A stretch of 64,000 bases of DNA, from contig CAVSPA010000005.1 of the NCBI GenBank assembly GCA_963729715.1, positions 672,001 to 736,000 on the forward strand, given 5' to 3'. Under the pieces are notes generated by a model. That model did no database searches and was not told the origin of the DNA. It saw only the letters and a list, made by a program, of their open reading frames with translations. The position numbers and the translations under genes are program-made. This DNA is from an uncultured delta proteobacterium. GTDB taxonomy: Bacteria; Desulfobacterota; Syntrophia; Syntrophales; UBA2185. Of this stretch, positions 47,598 to 57,188 are shown in pieces (position 1 is the first letter of the stretch; each line of letters opens with the position of its first letter).

Positions 47598-48581
47598 ATG
47601 AAAACACTGATCTTTACAAAGAAGGATATCGAAAAGGTGTTAACGCCTTCTCTGGCCAACAAGACTGTGGAACAGGCATTCAAGGCATACGGACTGGGAG
47701 AGGCCGATATGCCTGCAAAGAGTTATCTCTACTTTAAAAAAGGGGATCTCAGATCGATGCCTGCTTATATTCACGGTCAGGGCCTGAACATTGCCGGTAT
47801 CAAGAGCGTGACCGTGCACCCCGGAAATGCAATCTACGGCCTTCCCACGGTTATAGCTGTTATCATCCTTGCGGATCCCACGAACGGATTTCCGCTGGCC
47901 ATAATGGACGGTACTTACCTTACCAGCATCCGTACAGGCGCTGCGGGAGCGTTAGCGGTAAAACTCCTGAGCAGGAAGAACGCGCGGATTGCCGGATTTA
48001 TCGGTTGCGGTACGCAGGCGCGCTCACAGCTCACATGTATCCTGGAAGTGCGCAAATTAAAAACCGTAAAAATTTGGCAATCCGGCCCAAAAGATGAATC
48101 CGCGCCGAGATTCAGAGATTGGGCGGAGAAGAAACACAAGCTCGAAGCGGTAATCTCCCCGGAGATTGATGAAGTGACGACAGGCGTCGATATTCTCGTA
48201 ACAACGACGCCTTCCCGCAGACCGCTGGTGAATAAGGTCTCCCCTGGGACCCATATCAATGCCATCGGCGCCGATGCCGCCGGGAAAGAGGAGATAAATC
48301 CGAAAATATTGAAGCAGGCAAAAGTGGTCATCGACGCCTGGGCCCAGGCGTCGCACAGCGGCGAGATCAATGTTCCCGTCCGCAAGAAACTGCTGACAAA
48401 GAAAGACATCTATGCGGGACTCGGAGATATTGTTGCAGGGAAAGTTAAGGGAAGGACGAAAGCCCAGGAAATTACGCTCTTCGACTCGACCGGTCTCGCG
48501 ATCCAAGATGTATCCTGCGCCTACACCGTTTATCAGGCGCTCAAAGGCAAGCCGGGCATTAAACGGATAGAATTGTTTTAG
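47598..48581 (+). CDS. ornithine cyclodeaminase/mu-crystallin family (archaeal-type alanine dehydrogenase-like)
   Basis: DLRSMPAY, LTSIRTGAAG, GCGTQA, HINAIGAD, FDSTGLAIQD. Confidence 0.88.
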   Translation: MKTLIFTKKDIEKVLTPSLANKTVEQAFKAYGLGEADMPAKSYLYFKKGDLRSMPAYIHGQGLNIAGIKSVTVHPGNAIYGLPTVIAVIILADPTNGFPLAIMDGTYLTSIRTGAAGALAVKLLSRKNARIAGFIGCGTQARSQLTCILEVRKLKTVKIWQSGPKDESAPRFRDWAEKKHKLEAVISPEIDEVTTGVDILVTTTPSRRPLVNKVSPGTHINAIGADAAGKEEINPKILKQAKVVIDAWAQASHSGEINVPVRKKLLTKKDIYAGLGDIVAGKVKGRTKAQEITLFDSTGLAIQDVSCAYTVYQALKGKPGIKRIELF

Positions 48582-48617
48582 TCAATGAAACTGCCAAGGG
48601 AAGCGGAAGCCCCTATT

Positions 48618-49652
48618 CTACGCTTCCGCCCTTTCCAGGTGACTGGCCCTCATGCCGATGAGTCGGACCCTCTTCTTGAGTTCGACCCTCTTGAGGGAGG
48701 CGAACGCCGCTCTCCTTATCTCCTCTTCTCTATCCGTCGCATTGGGGATGGTTGTGGCCCTTGTGACTGTCTCGAAATCGCTGAACCGTACCTTTACCGT
48801 AACCGTCCTCGCCTTGAAGCTGCTGTCTCTCATGTCTGTGACAACTTCCCTCGTCAGGTCTGCGAGCGTCTTGGCTATGAACTGCCAGTTTGCTATGTCC
48901 TTCTGGAATGTCGTTTCCCTGCTTATGGATTTGGGTTCCCAGTCGGTGATAAGGGGACTGTCGTCGATGCCTCGGGAGGCATGATAGAGATAATTCCCAT
49001 AAGATGAACCGAAGCTGTCGACAAGTGTTTCCATCTGCAGAGAGGCGAGCTCCTCCAGAGTTTCAATGCCCATGTCCTTCAGGTATTTCTCTGTCTTTGG
49101 TCCGATCCCCCAGAGTTTCCTCACGGGCAGCGGCTTGAGGATGGAGAGAACATCCTCCGCAAGGATCACGATGAGGCCGTCCGGTTTATCCATGTCCGAG
49201 GCGATCTTGGCAAGAAGCTTGTTGGGGGCGATGCCGATGGAGCACGTCAGGCCCGTCTCATCTCTTATCTCTTTTTTGATTAGTTGCGAGATGTCTTCCG
49301 AAGTTCTATCGATCGCCGATATGTCGAGGAACGCCTCATCGATGCCGACATCTTCCATGGCAGGCGTGAGACTCCTGAGGATGCTCTTCACCTTCTGTGA
49401 TTCCCTTGCATATGCCTCGTAATCGACAGGAAGAAAGACGGCCTTGGGACAGAGGCCGTAAGCCGTCTTCAAAGGCATGGCAGAGTGTATGCCGAACTTT
49501 CTTGCTTCGTATGAGGCGGTGGCTACGACCCCCCTTTTCGTGGGGTCCCCGCTGCCCCCTATTACTACAGGCTGGCCGATCAATTCGGGGCGTCTCTTCT
49601 GCTCCACCGCTGCAAAAAAGGCGTCCATGTCGATGTGAAGGATGCGTCTCAA
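48618..49652 (-). CDS. dinB: DNA polymerase IV
   Basis: HIDMDAFFAAVEQ, SYEARKFG, IDEAFLD, NKLLAKIASD, GIG, VRLIG. Confidence 0.95.
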   Translation of the reverse strand: MRRILHIDMDAFFAAVEQKRRPELIGQPVVIGGSGDPTKRGVVATASYEARKFGIHSAMPLKTAYGLCPKAVFLPVDYEAYARESQKVKSILRSLTPAMEDVGIDEAFLDISAIDRTSEDISQLIKKEIRDETGLTCSIGIAPNKLLAKIASDMDKPDGLIVILAEDVLSILKPLPVRKLWGIGPKTEKYLKDMGIETLEELASLQMETLVDSFGSSYGNYLYHASRGIDDSPLITDWEPKSISRETTFQKDIANWQFIAKTLADLTREVVTDMRDSSFKARTVTVKVRFSDFETVTRATTIPNATDREEEIRRAAFASLKRVELKKRVRLIGMRASHLERAEA

Positions 49653-51163
49653 GGCTTATTGCTCGGAGCGTTGCCCGAAGTCGTCTCCGGGGCGAAGATC
49701 TGGTTGTAGAGGGATGCGAAGCGGTCCTTGCCGGTCGCGAGCATCAGTGCAAGCGGCATCGATTCTTTACCCAGCTTCACCATGTCTTCCGCCGTCTTTC
49801 TTATATCCCATTGGGCGTGCGTATCTGTCCGCAGGCGGGCGATGTGGTAAAGCTCCCTTGCATTAATTTTCATGGAAACGCGCCTGCGATGGGCGTTGGT
49901 GAGAATATAGCCGGCAGCGAGCGGGGAGAACACTTTTATCCGGGCATACACGTCTTCGCTTCGTCTTACGATTTCCATGAAGGCGTCATGCATGCCGATT
50001 TCCGATACCGCGGGTGGAACCGTTGCGCCGAGGGCGGGATCATAATCTTGACAGGTTATGGTTGCCATGCGGTGGCGCTTCATCTGGGCAAAACAGCTTG
50101 CGCTGATGAGCAGCTCAAAATGTAGTTCCGCATTTTCGAATTCACGAAGGACCGCGTCGTAGGACTTGATGTGCTTTAAAGCCGTTTTCATGAGGGACTC
50201 TTTTTCGTGCCTATCCATGGAAGAGACCACCCGCAGGCACCGGGTCATCGGCAAGTCCGATGATGAGTGTATCAGCGAGGCCATAATTCTGTCGTCTCCC
50301 TCGGGAGTGGTGTGGATGAGAGAAACGTATTGTCCTTTCCGGTTGGCCGGCGCAGTTGCGGTCCTATGTTTCTTTTGCCGCATCAGTGCTGAGACTTCGT
50401 CCGTTAAATTCTGCCTCGTCAGGCGGTCGTGGTCCGTGGCCTCCGTGTAGCGGATCAGAGAGGGGGCGGTGTCTTTCGTTGCCGCAAAGAGCTTCCGGCT
50501 GCACTCCTTCGCCTCGGCGAGCGGATGTGCGGCAAGTCGGCGGAGCATGAGTTCGAGATTCCTCGCACTGACGGTCATTCCCAGCTGCGTCTCCGTGGCA
50601 AGGGAAATGCCATAGCGGGCGTCTTCCTTGGCCCAGCCTTCCAGCATCGAGTGATTGGCGGGGTCCGCTGCAAGGCCCTTGTGCTTTTCAAAGATGTGGG
50701 GTTTCAATTTTTCAAAGAGTTCGTGATACAACCTGTTCTGCTTGGTGATGATGTCCACAAAAGGCCCCTCCACAGGGGTACCGCGGATTTCTTCGGGGAT
50801 GACGAAATCGTCTTTCAGCCTAACGTAGCGCTGCGATTTTTCCGTATAAGAACAAAGGCGAAATTTTTCGATTTCCTCGACGAGCAGCCGGGAAACGCCG
50901 AGAACGTCGATGTTGAAGACGGCATGCTCGGCAACCGAGCTGTGTCCCATCTCAAAGACGATGTTCCGGTTGGACTGGCGAGCCTTCTCCACCTCCTGCC
51001 TGGCAGCGGCGCGCAATTCGTCGACCGGCTTGGGGCTGCGGCTTATCCGTGCGTAGGCGGCGGAGATCGTCTCCGGTGTGAGATCCTGCGCACCCGGCCG
51101 CAGTTTTTGAAAATCCCGGATTGTTTCGAAATCGAGATTGTAGCCGGCGAGGATAATTTTCAT
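49649..51163 (-). CDS. thyX: FAD-dependent thymidylate synthase, tandem two-domain form
   Basis: GHSSVAEH, SYTEKSQRY, EDARY; second domain QMKRHR, HAQWDIR; start MKIIL at 51163. Confidence 0.82.
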   Translation of the reverse strand: MKIILAGYNLDFETIRDFQKLRPGAQDLTPETISAAYARISRSPKPVDELRAAARQEVEKARQSNRNIVFEMGHSSVAEHAVFNIDVLGVSRLLVEEIEKFRLCSYTEKSQRYVRLKDDFVIPEEIRGTPVEGPFVDIITKQNRLYHELFEKLKPHIFEKHKGLAADPANHSMLEGWAKEDARYGISLATETQLGMTVSARNLELMLRRLAAHPLAEAKECSRKLFAATKDTAPSLIRYTEATDHDRLTRQNLTDEVSALMRQKKHRTATAPANRKGQYVSLIHTTPEGDDRIMASLIHSSSDLPMTRCLRVVSSMDRHEKESLMKTALKHIKSYDAVLREFENAELHFELLISASCFAQMKRHRMATITCQDYDPALGATVPPAVSEIGMHDAFMEIVRRSEDVYARIKVFSPLAAGYILTNAHRRRVSMKINARELYHIARLRTDTHAQWDIRKTAEDMVKLGKESMPLALMLATGKDRFASLYNQIFAPETTSGNAPSNKP

Positions 51164-51176
51164 GAGATTGACATCC

Positions 51177-51983
51177 CTACAATTTAACAAGTTCAACGTG
51201 GGATAGCGTCCGCCCGAGGAACCCTTCGCCGATCGTCTGGAAGTGATAGGGCACGTCGGTGACAAAGAAGCGGTACTTCGGATGTGTGTGCTTATGATTT
51301 CCAAGATGCTTGTCGGTGAGGAGATGCGCCGTTATATCCGCCATAGCTTCGGCGGAGTCCACGAGGCGAATATCAGGCCCCGCGATGTCCTGCAGAAGAG
51401 GCTTGATCAATGGATAGTGGGTACACCCCAGGACAAGAGTATCGATATGCTCCGCAAGAACCGGCCGCAAGTACTCCTGGGCGGTAAGCCGGGTGACGGG
51501 ATGATTCCACCATCCCTCTTCGACCAGCGGTACAAACAGGGGGCAGGCTTGGGAGAAGACCCGGATGCTAGGGTCATGCTGGTGAATGGCACGGGCATAA
51601 GCGTTGCTGTTTATGGTTGCCGGCGTGCCGATGACGCCGATATACTTGCTGTGGGTTTCGGCTGCTGCTCTGCGGGCTCCTGCATCTATGACGTCGAGGA
51701 CGGAAACAGGAGAAATGTCTTTGACTGCCTGATAGGCGACCGCGGCCATGGTGTTACATGCGACAATGAGCAGTTTCACATCTTTTTGCAGCAGGAAATT
51801 TGTGATCTCCATTGCGTATTGCGTGATCGTTTCCGGTGATTTCACGCCGTATGGCACCCGCGCGGTGTCACCGAAGTAGACGATGTTCTCGAAGGGCAGG
51901 CGTTCCATGAGGGCGCGAACGACCGTCAATCCTCCGATACCGGAATCAAACACTCCGATGGGATGGTTGGCAATTGACTGCAT
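51177..51983 (-). CDS. murI: glutamate racemase
   Basis: FDSGIGGLTV, PYG, ACNT, LGCTHYP. Confidence 0.96.
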   Translation of the reverse strand: MQSIANHPIGVFDSGIGGLTVVRALMERLPFENIVYFGDTARVPYGVKSPETITQYAMEITNFLLQKDVKLLIVACNTMAAVAYQAVKDISPVSVLDVIDAGARRAAAETHSKYIGVIGTPATINSNAYARAIHQHDPSIRVFSQACPLFVPLVEEGWWNHPVTRLTAQEYLRPVLAEHIDTLVLGCTHYPLIKPLLQDIAGPDIRLVDSAEAMADITAHLLTDKHLGNHKHTHPKYRFFVTDVPYHFQTIGEGFLGRTLSHVELVKL

Positions 51984-52157
51984 GAGAAATCCTTTTTTCG
52001 TTGAGACGGTTTCCTATTTAACACAGCCTCCGGGAAAATCAAAGTCAAGAATTGTGCGCTCTGAAGAAGCTTTCTGTTGAAATTATCGAATAAATAAGAT
52101 ACTTTTTTAGACAGCATTTCGCTTGGAAAATAAATTTCTTCTTATATCAGGATTGTC

Positions 52158-53210
52158 ATGCGCGCTTCGAAAGTACAGAACATACTTTTTTTCACGATTA
52201 TGATCTTTGTCTTCCTTCTGTTTCTCTATCTGCTTGCGCCTTTCTTTTTTCCTATTTTCTGGGCGGCTGTTATTTCCAGTATCTTCAGTCCGCTTTACAA
52301 ATATTTGAACAGGAAATTGCATAATCCCAGCGCTGCAGCTACCATTATTTTTCTGGTGGTCGCTGTAATCATCATACTGCCGGGGGGTATCATCGGTAGT
52401 GTCTTGTTCGGAGAGTCCATGCGCATGTATGAATCTCTTGATGCGGATGGCGGCAATATAGAAAATGTTGTCAAGGGTCTTACGGGTTTAATAAAAGACA
52501 GCCCGTATGTGGCACAATTTCATATCAATGAACAATTCTGGACCGAAAAGTTTGCTGAAGTCGCAAGAACCATTTCCAACTACATCTTCATCAATCTGAA
52601 GGATCTCACGCAGAACACTTTTGTTTTTATCGTTCAATTCTCTGTCATGCTCTATACACTGTTTTACTTTATTCGCGACGGCAATAAGCTTCTGGGAAAA
52701 GTTGTTCGTGTATTTTCTCTCGGGCAGGAGAGAGAAAAAGTTCTCTACGAACGCTTTGTGAAGACCGCACGAGCCACGTTGAAGGTGACCCTTATCATTG
52801 GGGGCATTCAGGGAATGCTGGGAGGGTTGCTTTTCTGGTTCACCGGCATTCAAGGACCACTGATGTGGGGGGCCATTATGATATTTACGGCCATCGTACC
52901 GGTTGTCGGCTGTTCCATCATCTGGGTACCCGCCGGTGTGATAATGATGATAATGGGACATTTTTTGAAAGGCGTCATCATTCTCGCTTTCGGCGTTCTT
53001 GTGATCAGCATGGTGGACCATTTTCTTCGTCCCATCCTCATCGGGAGAGACGTGCAGATGCATCCACTGATGGTTTTCTTATCTACCCTGGGTGGGTTAT
53101 CATTGTTCGGATTTTCCGGCTTCATAATCGGCCCTATCATCGCTTCCCTGCTCCTCGCCATTTGGGCGATGTACGAAGAATTCTACCGGGGTACATTGTC
53201 AAGCGAATAG
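52158..53210 (+). CDS. AI-2E family transporter
   Basis: Polytopic; LFYFIRDG, VDHFLRP, HPLMVFLSTLGG, GFIIGP. Confidence 0.9.
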   Translation: MRASKVQNILFFTIMIFVFLLFLYLLAPFFFPIFWAAVISSIFSPLYKYLNRKLHNPSAAATIIFLVVAVIIILPGGIIGSVLFGESMRMYESLDADGGNIENVVKGLTGLIKDSPYVAQFHINEQFWTEKFAEVARTISNYIFINLKDLTQNTFVFIVQFSVMLYTLFYFIRDGNKLLGKVVRVFSLGQEREKVLYERFVKTARATLKVTLIIGGIQGMLGGLLFWFTGIQGPLMWGAIMIFTAIVPVVGCSIIWVPAGVIMMIMGHFLKGVIILAFGVLVISMVDHFLRPILIGRDVQMHPLMVFLSTLGGLSLFGFSGFIIGPIIASLLLAIWAMYEEFYRGTLSSE

Positions 53211-53267
53211 GGCATCAATTTGACTTTTGCCCTACCGACCGAATCTTGAACACCATCCATGCAAAAG

Positions 53268-54266
53268 TTACCGGACGGTGTGCGTCACGACATGGATAGC
53301 GGCGGATATCAAAGCCGCCGCGGGAATCGTCAATATCCAGGCCCAGAGGATGTTTCCGGCCACCCCCCAACGGACGGCGGTAAGCCTTTTTGTTGAGCCA
53401 ACCCCCACGATGGCGCCTGTGATGGTATGGGTCGTACTCACGGGGATGCCGGCGATGGATGCCCCGATGATGGAGATGGCCGCCGCTGTCTCCGCGCAAA
53501 ATCCACCCATGGGCTGGAGCTTTGTGATCTTGGTTCCCATCGTCTTGACGATACGCCATCCGCCAGACATGATGCCTAGGGAAATGACCGTGTAACATGC
53601 GATAATAACCCAGAGGGGAATATAAAAGGTTTTCCCGAGTAGGCCGTGGCTGTAAAGAATTATGGCTATAATTCCCATTGTTTTCTGGGCGTCGTTCGTA
53701 CCATGGCCCATGCTGTAGATTGCGCACGAGACAAGCTGCAGCTTTCGAAACAACTTATCTGCTTTCGCAACATTGGAATACCGGTTGATGTTCAGCACTA
53801 AGATCATCATACCCAATCCGAGGATCAGACCAATGGTGGGTGAGAGCACAACAAAAACGGCTGTCTTTATAATGCCGCTCCATACAAGTACGCCTGTGCC
53901 GCCGTCTACGAGGCCTGCACCGATGAGACCGCCTATGAGGGCGTGAGAAGAACTGCTTGGGAGCCCAAAATACCAGGTAATGATGTTCCAGATGATAGCG
54001 CCGCCGAGGGCGGAAAGGATGAGCAGATTGTTTACGATATCCGGATTTATAATGCCGGTGCCGACAGTTTTTGCCACCTGTACACCGACAAAAAAGACAG
54101 CGGCAAATTCAAAGAAGGCCGCCCACAGGATGGCATATTTGGGTGAAAGAACCCTGGTTGATACAATGGTTGAAATAGCATTAGCAGAGTCATGGAAGCC
54201 GTTGAGAAAATCGAAGACCAGGGCTACGAGGATGAGAAATATAACAAATCCAAAGGAATCAGGCAT
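53268..54266 (-). CDS. PiT family inorganic phosphate transporter
   Basis: NGFHDSANAI, PSSSSH, HGTNDAQK, PVSTTH. Confidence 0.94.
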   Translation of the reverse strand: MPDSFGFVIFLILVALVFDFLNGFHDSANAISTIVSTRVLSPKYAILWAAFFEFAAVFFVGVQVAKTVGTGIINPDIVNNLLILSALGGAIIWNIITWYFGLPSSSSHALIGGLIGAGLVDGGTGVLVWSGIIKTAVFVVLSPTIGLILGLGMMILVLNINRYSNVAKADKLFRKLQLVSCAIYSMGHGTNDAQKTMGIIAIILYSHGLLGKTFYIPLWVIIACYTVISLGIMSGGWRIVKTMGTKITKLQPMGGFCAETAAAISIIGASIAGIPVSTTHTITGAIVGVGSTKRLTAVRWGVAGNILWAWILTIPAAALISAAIHVVTHTVR

Positions 54267-54879
54267 GTTTCAGGACGATACCCTCCACAATGTTTGAAAC
54301 GTCCTCACACACGTCAAGGGCCTCCTCAATACGTTCAAAGATTTCCTTCCATTTGATCAACTCGATGGCATCTTTTTCATGCTCGAAGAGGTCGACCATG
54401 GCCGTTCTCAGAACAATATCGCCTTCGTTTTCGAGAGTGTTTATCTCTACGCACGCATCGATAATCATCTTTGAATTTTTCATGTCTCTCATGGCGTAAA
54501 CGATGAGTTTGACTTTGCTGATGGCTTCGTTGAGAATCTTTGCCTGATCGATAATCACCTTCGTCGGCTTCTTTACCTTATAAAGGCTCATCCTGGCCGC
54601 TGACGCCTCGATCATATCCAGGATACTGTCCATCTTATTTACCAGAGCGTAGATGTCCTCCCTGTCCAAGGGGGTCAGGAACGACTTGTGCATCTTTTCA
54701 TAGGTTCTGTGGGTGATGATGTCCGCCTCATGTTCCAGCTCTTTGAGTTTGGTTATCTTGGGAAGGGGATATTCGTACTGTTCAACCATACACAGAAAGA
54801 CCTTCCCCCCTTCTTCGATTTTATTGATGAGTTCTTCAAATAGATCGTAAAATTTTTCTTGTTTAGGAATAAACCGCAT
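54259..54879 (-). CDS. DUF47 (PhoU-like) Pit accessory protein
   Basis: EHEAD, FLTPLDREDI, ENEGD; upstream of and overlapping pit. Confidence 0.92.
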   Translation of the reverse strand: MRFIPKQEKFYDLFEELINKIEEGGKVFLCMVEQYEYPLPKITKLKELEHEADIITHRTYEKMHKSFLTPLDREDIYALVNKMDSILDMIEASAARMSLYKVKKPTKVIIDQAKILNEAISKVKLIVYAMRDMKNSKMIIDACVEINTLENEGDIVLRTAMVDLFEHEKDAIELIKWKEIFERIEEALDVCEDVSNIVEGIVLKHA

Positions 54880-55116
54880 CTGTCCTCCGCAGCGATTCGA
54901 GCGTGCTTCTGTGTGTTATTGTGTGCCATCCCTTAACAAACATGACCCGAACGTTTTGCCATCTATTAAGGGAAGATTATGAGCGAATGCTATCTACAGG
55001 ATTAACGTTAAAAAAGCAACTGTTTTTGGCTCTTAATATGAGGAGAGGTATCGGGAATAAGTTTTTGGAAGGAGGGCTTTTAATTATAGTATCTTATCGC
55101 GTCCCCGTGAAAAAAA

Positions 55117-56127
55117 TCAGGGAGATATTGCATCCCGAATAATTCGTTCAATTGCTTGGACGAAGCTTAAACCCGAGCGCTCTATGGCAGCATAAAATCC
55201 CCCGTCCGGAGACAGGCACGGATTTGTATTCACTTCCAGGACCCACGGCTTTCCTGTACCGTCGACACGAAAATCCACCCTCGCGTATCCCCGCAGGCCA
55301 AACACCTGCCAGCACTGAAGCGCCAGGTCCTCCAAGCGGACAAGCAAGGAAGCATCCTCATCCGGAAAGTCAAAACACCGCGGCGTGTGACGATATTCAA
55401 AAGAGTCTTCGACCCATTTGGAAAGGTAGTCGACTACCCTGACCTTATCCGGCGGGAAATCGTCAAAGCGAATCTCAGCCGGGGGAAGGACATGCGGCCC
55501 TCCAGCTCCCGCGAGGAGGGAGAGATTAAATTCCCTTCCCTCAATGAACGCTTCCGTAAAACACGCCATGCCGAGCTGCTTCTGCCGGTATGTAGTTGCT
55601 TCGCGGAGCTGATTATGATCTCTTACATGAATGATGGAATCGCTCCCGAGCCAGGTAGAGGCGTGTTCCCAAACAGCCTTGATGATATATGTGCCTTCGA
55701 CAAAATGTCCGCTGAGATTCTCATGGGGCATAAATAATGGAGGTGTGGCGATGCCCGCTGCATTCAAGATCTTTTTGGCGAGAACCTTGTTAGACGTGAG
55801 AAACGTAGCCTCCGTACTTGCGCCTGTGTAAGGGATTCTTAAGAAGTCCAGAACGGACGGGGCTATGTGGATCAGGCTCCCCTGTCCCGCCATTGTTTCC
55901 ACAATATTGAAAACGAACGCAGGCCGGAGGTCCCGCAGCATGTCGATTATGCGCGCGCAATTCAACGAGAAGGGCATGGTGATGGGTTGGTATCCGAGTT
56001 CCGAAAGGGCAGAGGACACTACTGCGGCCTGGACGAGGGCGTCCTTTTCATCCATGCCGGCATCATCCGGCACATCGCTGTGCAGCACGACTGCTTTCAT
56101 GAACTGTCTGTCAGCGTGGTGACTCAT
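55117..56127 (-). CDS. D-Ala-D-Ala ligase-like ATP-grasp enzyme 2
   Basis: FNIVE, PYTG, IIKAVWEHAS, EAFIEGREF, YARVDFR, LEVNTNP; start may be 56100. Confidence 0.88.
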   Translation of the reverse strand: MSHHADRQFMKAVVLHSDVPDDAGMDEKDALVQAAVVSSALSELGYQPITMPFSLNCARIIDMLRDLRPAFVFNIVETMAGQGSLIHIAPSVLDFLRIPYTGASTEATFLTSNKVLAKKILNAAGIATPPLFMPHENLSGHFVEGTYIIKAVWEHASTWLGSDSIIHVRDHNQLREATTYRQKQLGMACFTEAFIEGREFNLSLLAGAGGPHVLPPAEIRFDDFPPDKVRVVDYLSKWVEDSFEYRHTPRCFDFPDEDASLLVRLEDLALQCWQVFGLRGYARVDFRVDGTGKPWVLEVNTNPCLSPDGGFYAAIERSGLSFVQAIERIIRDAISP

Positions 56128-57178
56128 CGCCGTTGCGACAGGTGAGACAGGTGTGGTAATACCGTGACAGGGCGGGTTCAGCAGTTGGGCAAACAGTATA
56201 CGTGTCCTGGATGCGTTTTCGCGCCGATTCCATGATCATGTTGATGAGTTCATGGTAGGTGATGCCGGCAAGCTTGCAGATTATAGGGAGATCCGAATGG
56301 TCCGGATGCAGGCCCGCCAATGGGTTAATTTCTAGGAAATGCGGCAATCCCTTTTTGTCGGCGCGGATGTCGACCCTGCCTGCGTCTTTGCAGCCGAGTC
56401 CCCGCCACGCGGCAAGGGCTGTTTCCTGAACAGCCTGGGCCATGGGGTCATCGGCCAGCCGGTATTCCACAAGCTCCTCACAGTTCTCTTTGTTTATGTA
56501 GGAATAGACGCCTTTCTCCGCATCGTCTTTAAGGTGGACTTCCATGACCCCGAGTGCGACGGCATCCTTTCCCGTTCCGACTATACCCACAGTGAACTCC
56601 CGGCCGGGAAGAAAGCGCTCGACAAGAACGGGTTGCCGAAACGTAGTTAACAAAGACCGGCATACGAAGGAGAGCTGCTTTCGGGAAGTTATCTTCGACT
56701 GGGCGTTGATGCCCTTGCTTGTGCCTTCGGCCACGGGCTTCGCAAAAAGCGGAAATGGAAGCGAGATCTTGTCAATATCATGCTCTTCGTGCACAACTGC
56801 AAAATCAGGCGTCGGGATGCCGAGGTCGCGTATGACATGCTTGGTCATGCCTTTATGAAGGGTGAGCGAGAGGATAAGAGGATCGGAAAAGGTGTACGGG
56901 ATGTTGTAGACGTCAAGGATGGCCGGCACCTGGGCTTCTCTCGCGAGTCCCTCGATACCTTCGGCGATGTTAAAGACTATGTCCCATCTGTCGCCGCATG
57001 CCAGCCTTTTGACAAGTGACTTGATGTTGCCTATGCGATCGGTGGTATAACCTAAATCCTGCAGCGTCTGTTCAATTGCCTCTATCGTATCAGCCCGGTC
57101 AAACTCTGCAGCCTCTTCTTCATTTAATCCCTCTGCTATATAATCATCGCGAAGGTCGTATGTAATTCCCGTCCTCAA
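56111..57178 (-). CDS. D-Ala-D-Ala ligase-like ATP-grasp enzyme 1
   Basis: FNIAEG, PYTFS, KPVAEGTSKG, ERFLPGREFTV, RVDIR, EINPLAG. Confidence 0.88.
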   Translation of the reverse strand: MRTGITYDLRDDYIAEGLNEEEAAEFDRADTIEAIEQTLQDLGYTTDRIGNIKSLVKRLACGDRWDIVFNIAEGIEGLAREAQVPAILDVYNIPYTFSDPLILSLTLHKGMTKHVIRDLGIPTPDFAVVHEEHDIDKISLPFPLFAKPVAEGTSKGINAQSKITSRKQLSFVCRSLLTTFRQPVLVERFLPGREFTVGIVGTGKDAVALGVMEVHLKDDAEKGVYSYINKENCEELVEYRLADDPMAQAVQETALAAWRGLGCKDAGRVDIRADKKGLPHFLEINPLAGLHPDHSDLPIICKLAGITYHELINMIMESARKRIQDTYTVCPTAEPALSRYYHTCLTCRNGDESPR

Positions 57179-57188
57179 ATGTGATACC

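Noticed and set aside
51164..51304. N-terminal extension of ThyX
   Set aside because: Overlaps the 3' end of murI; MKIIL start is more plausible
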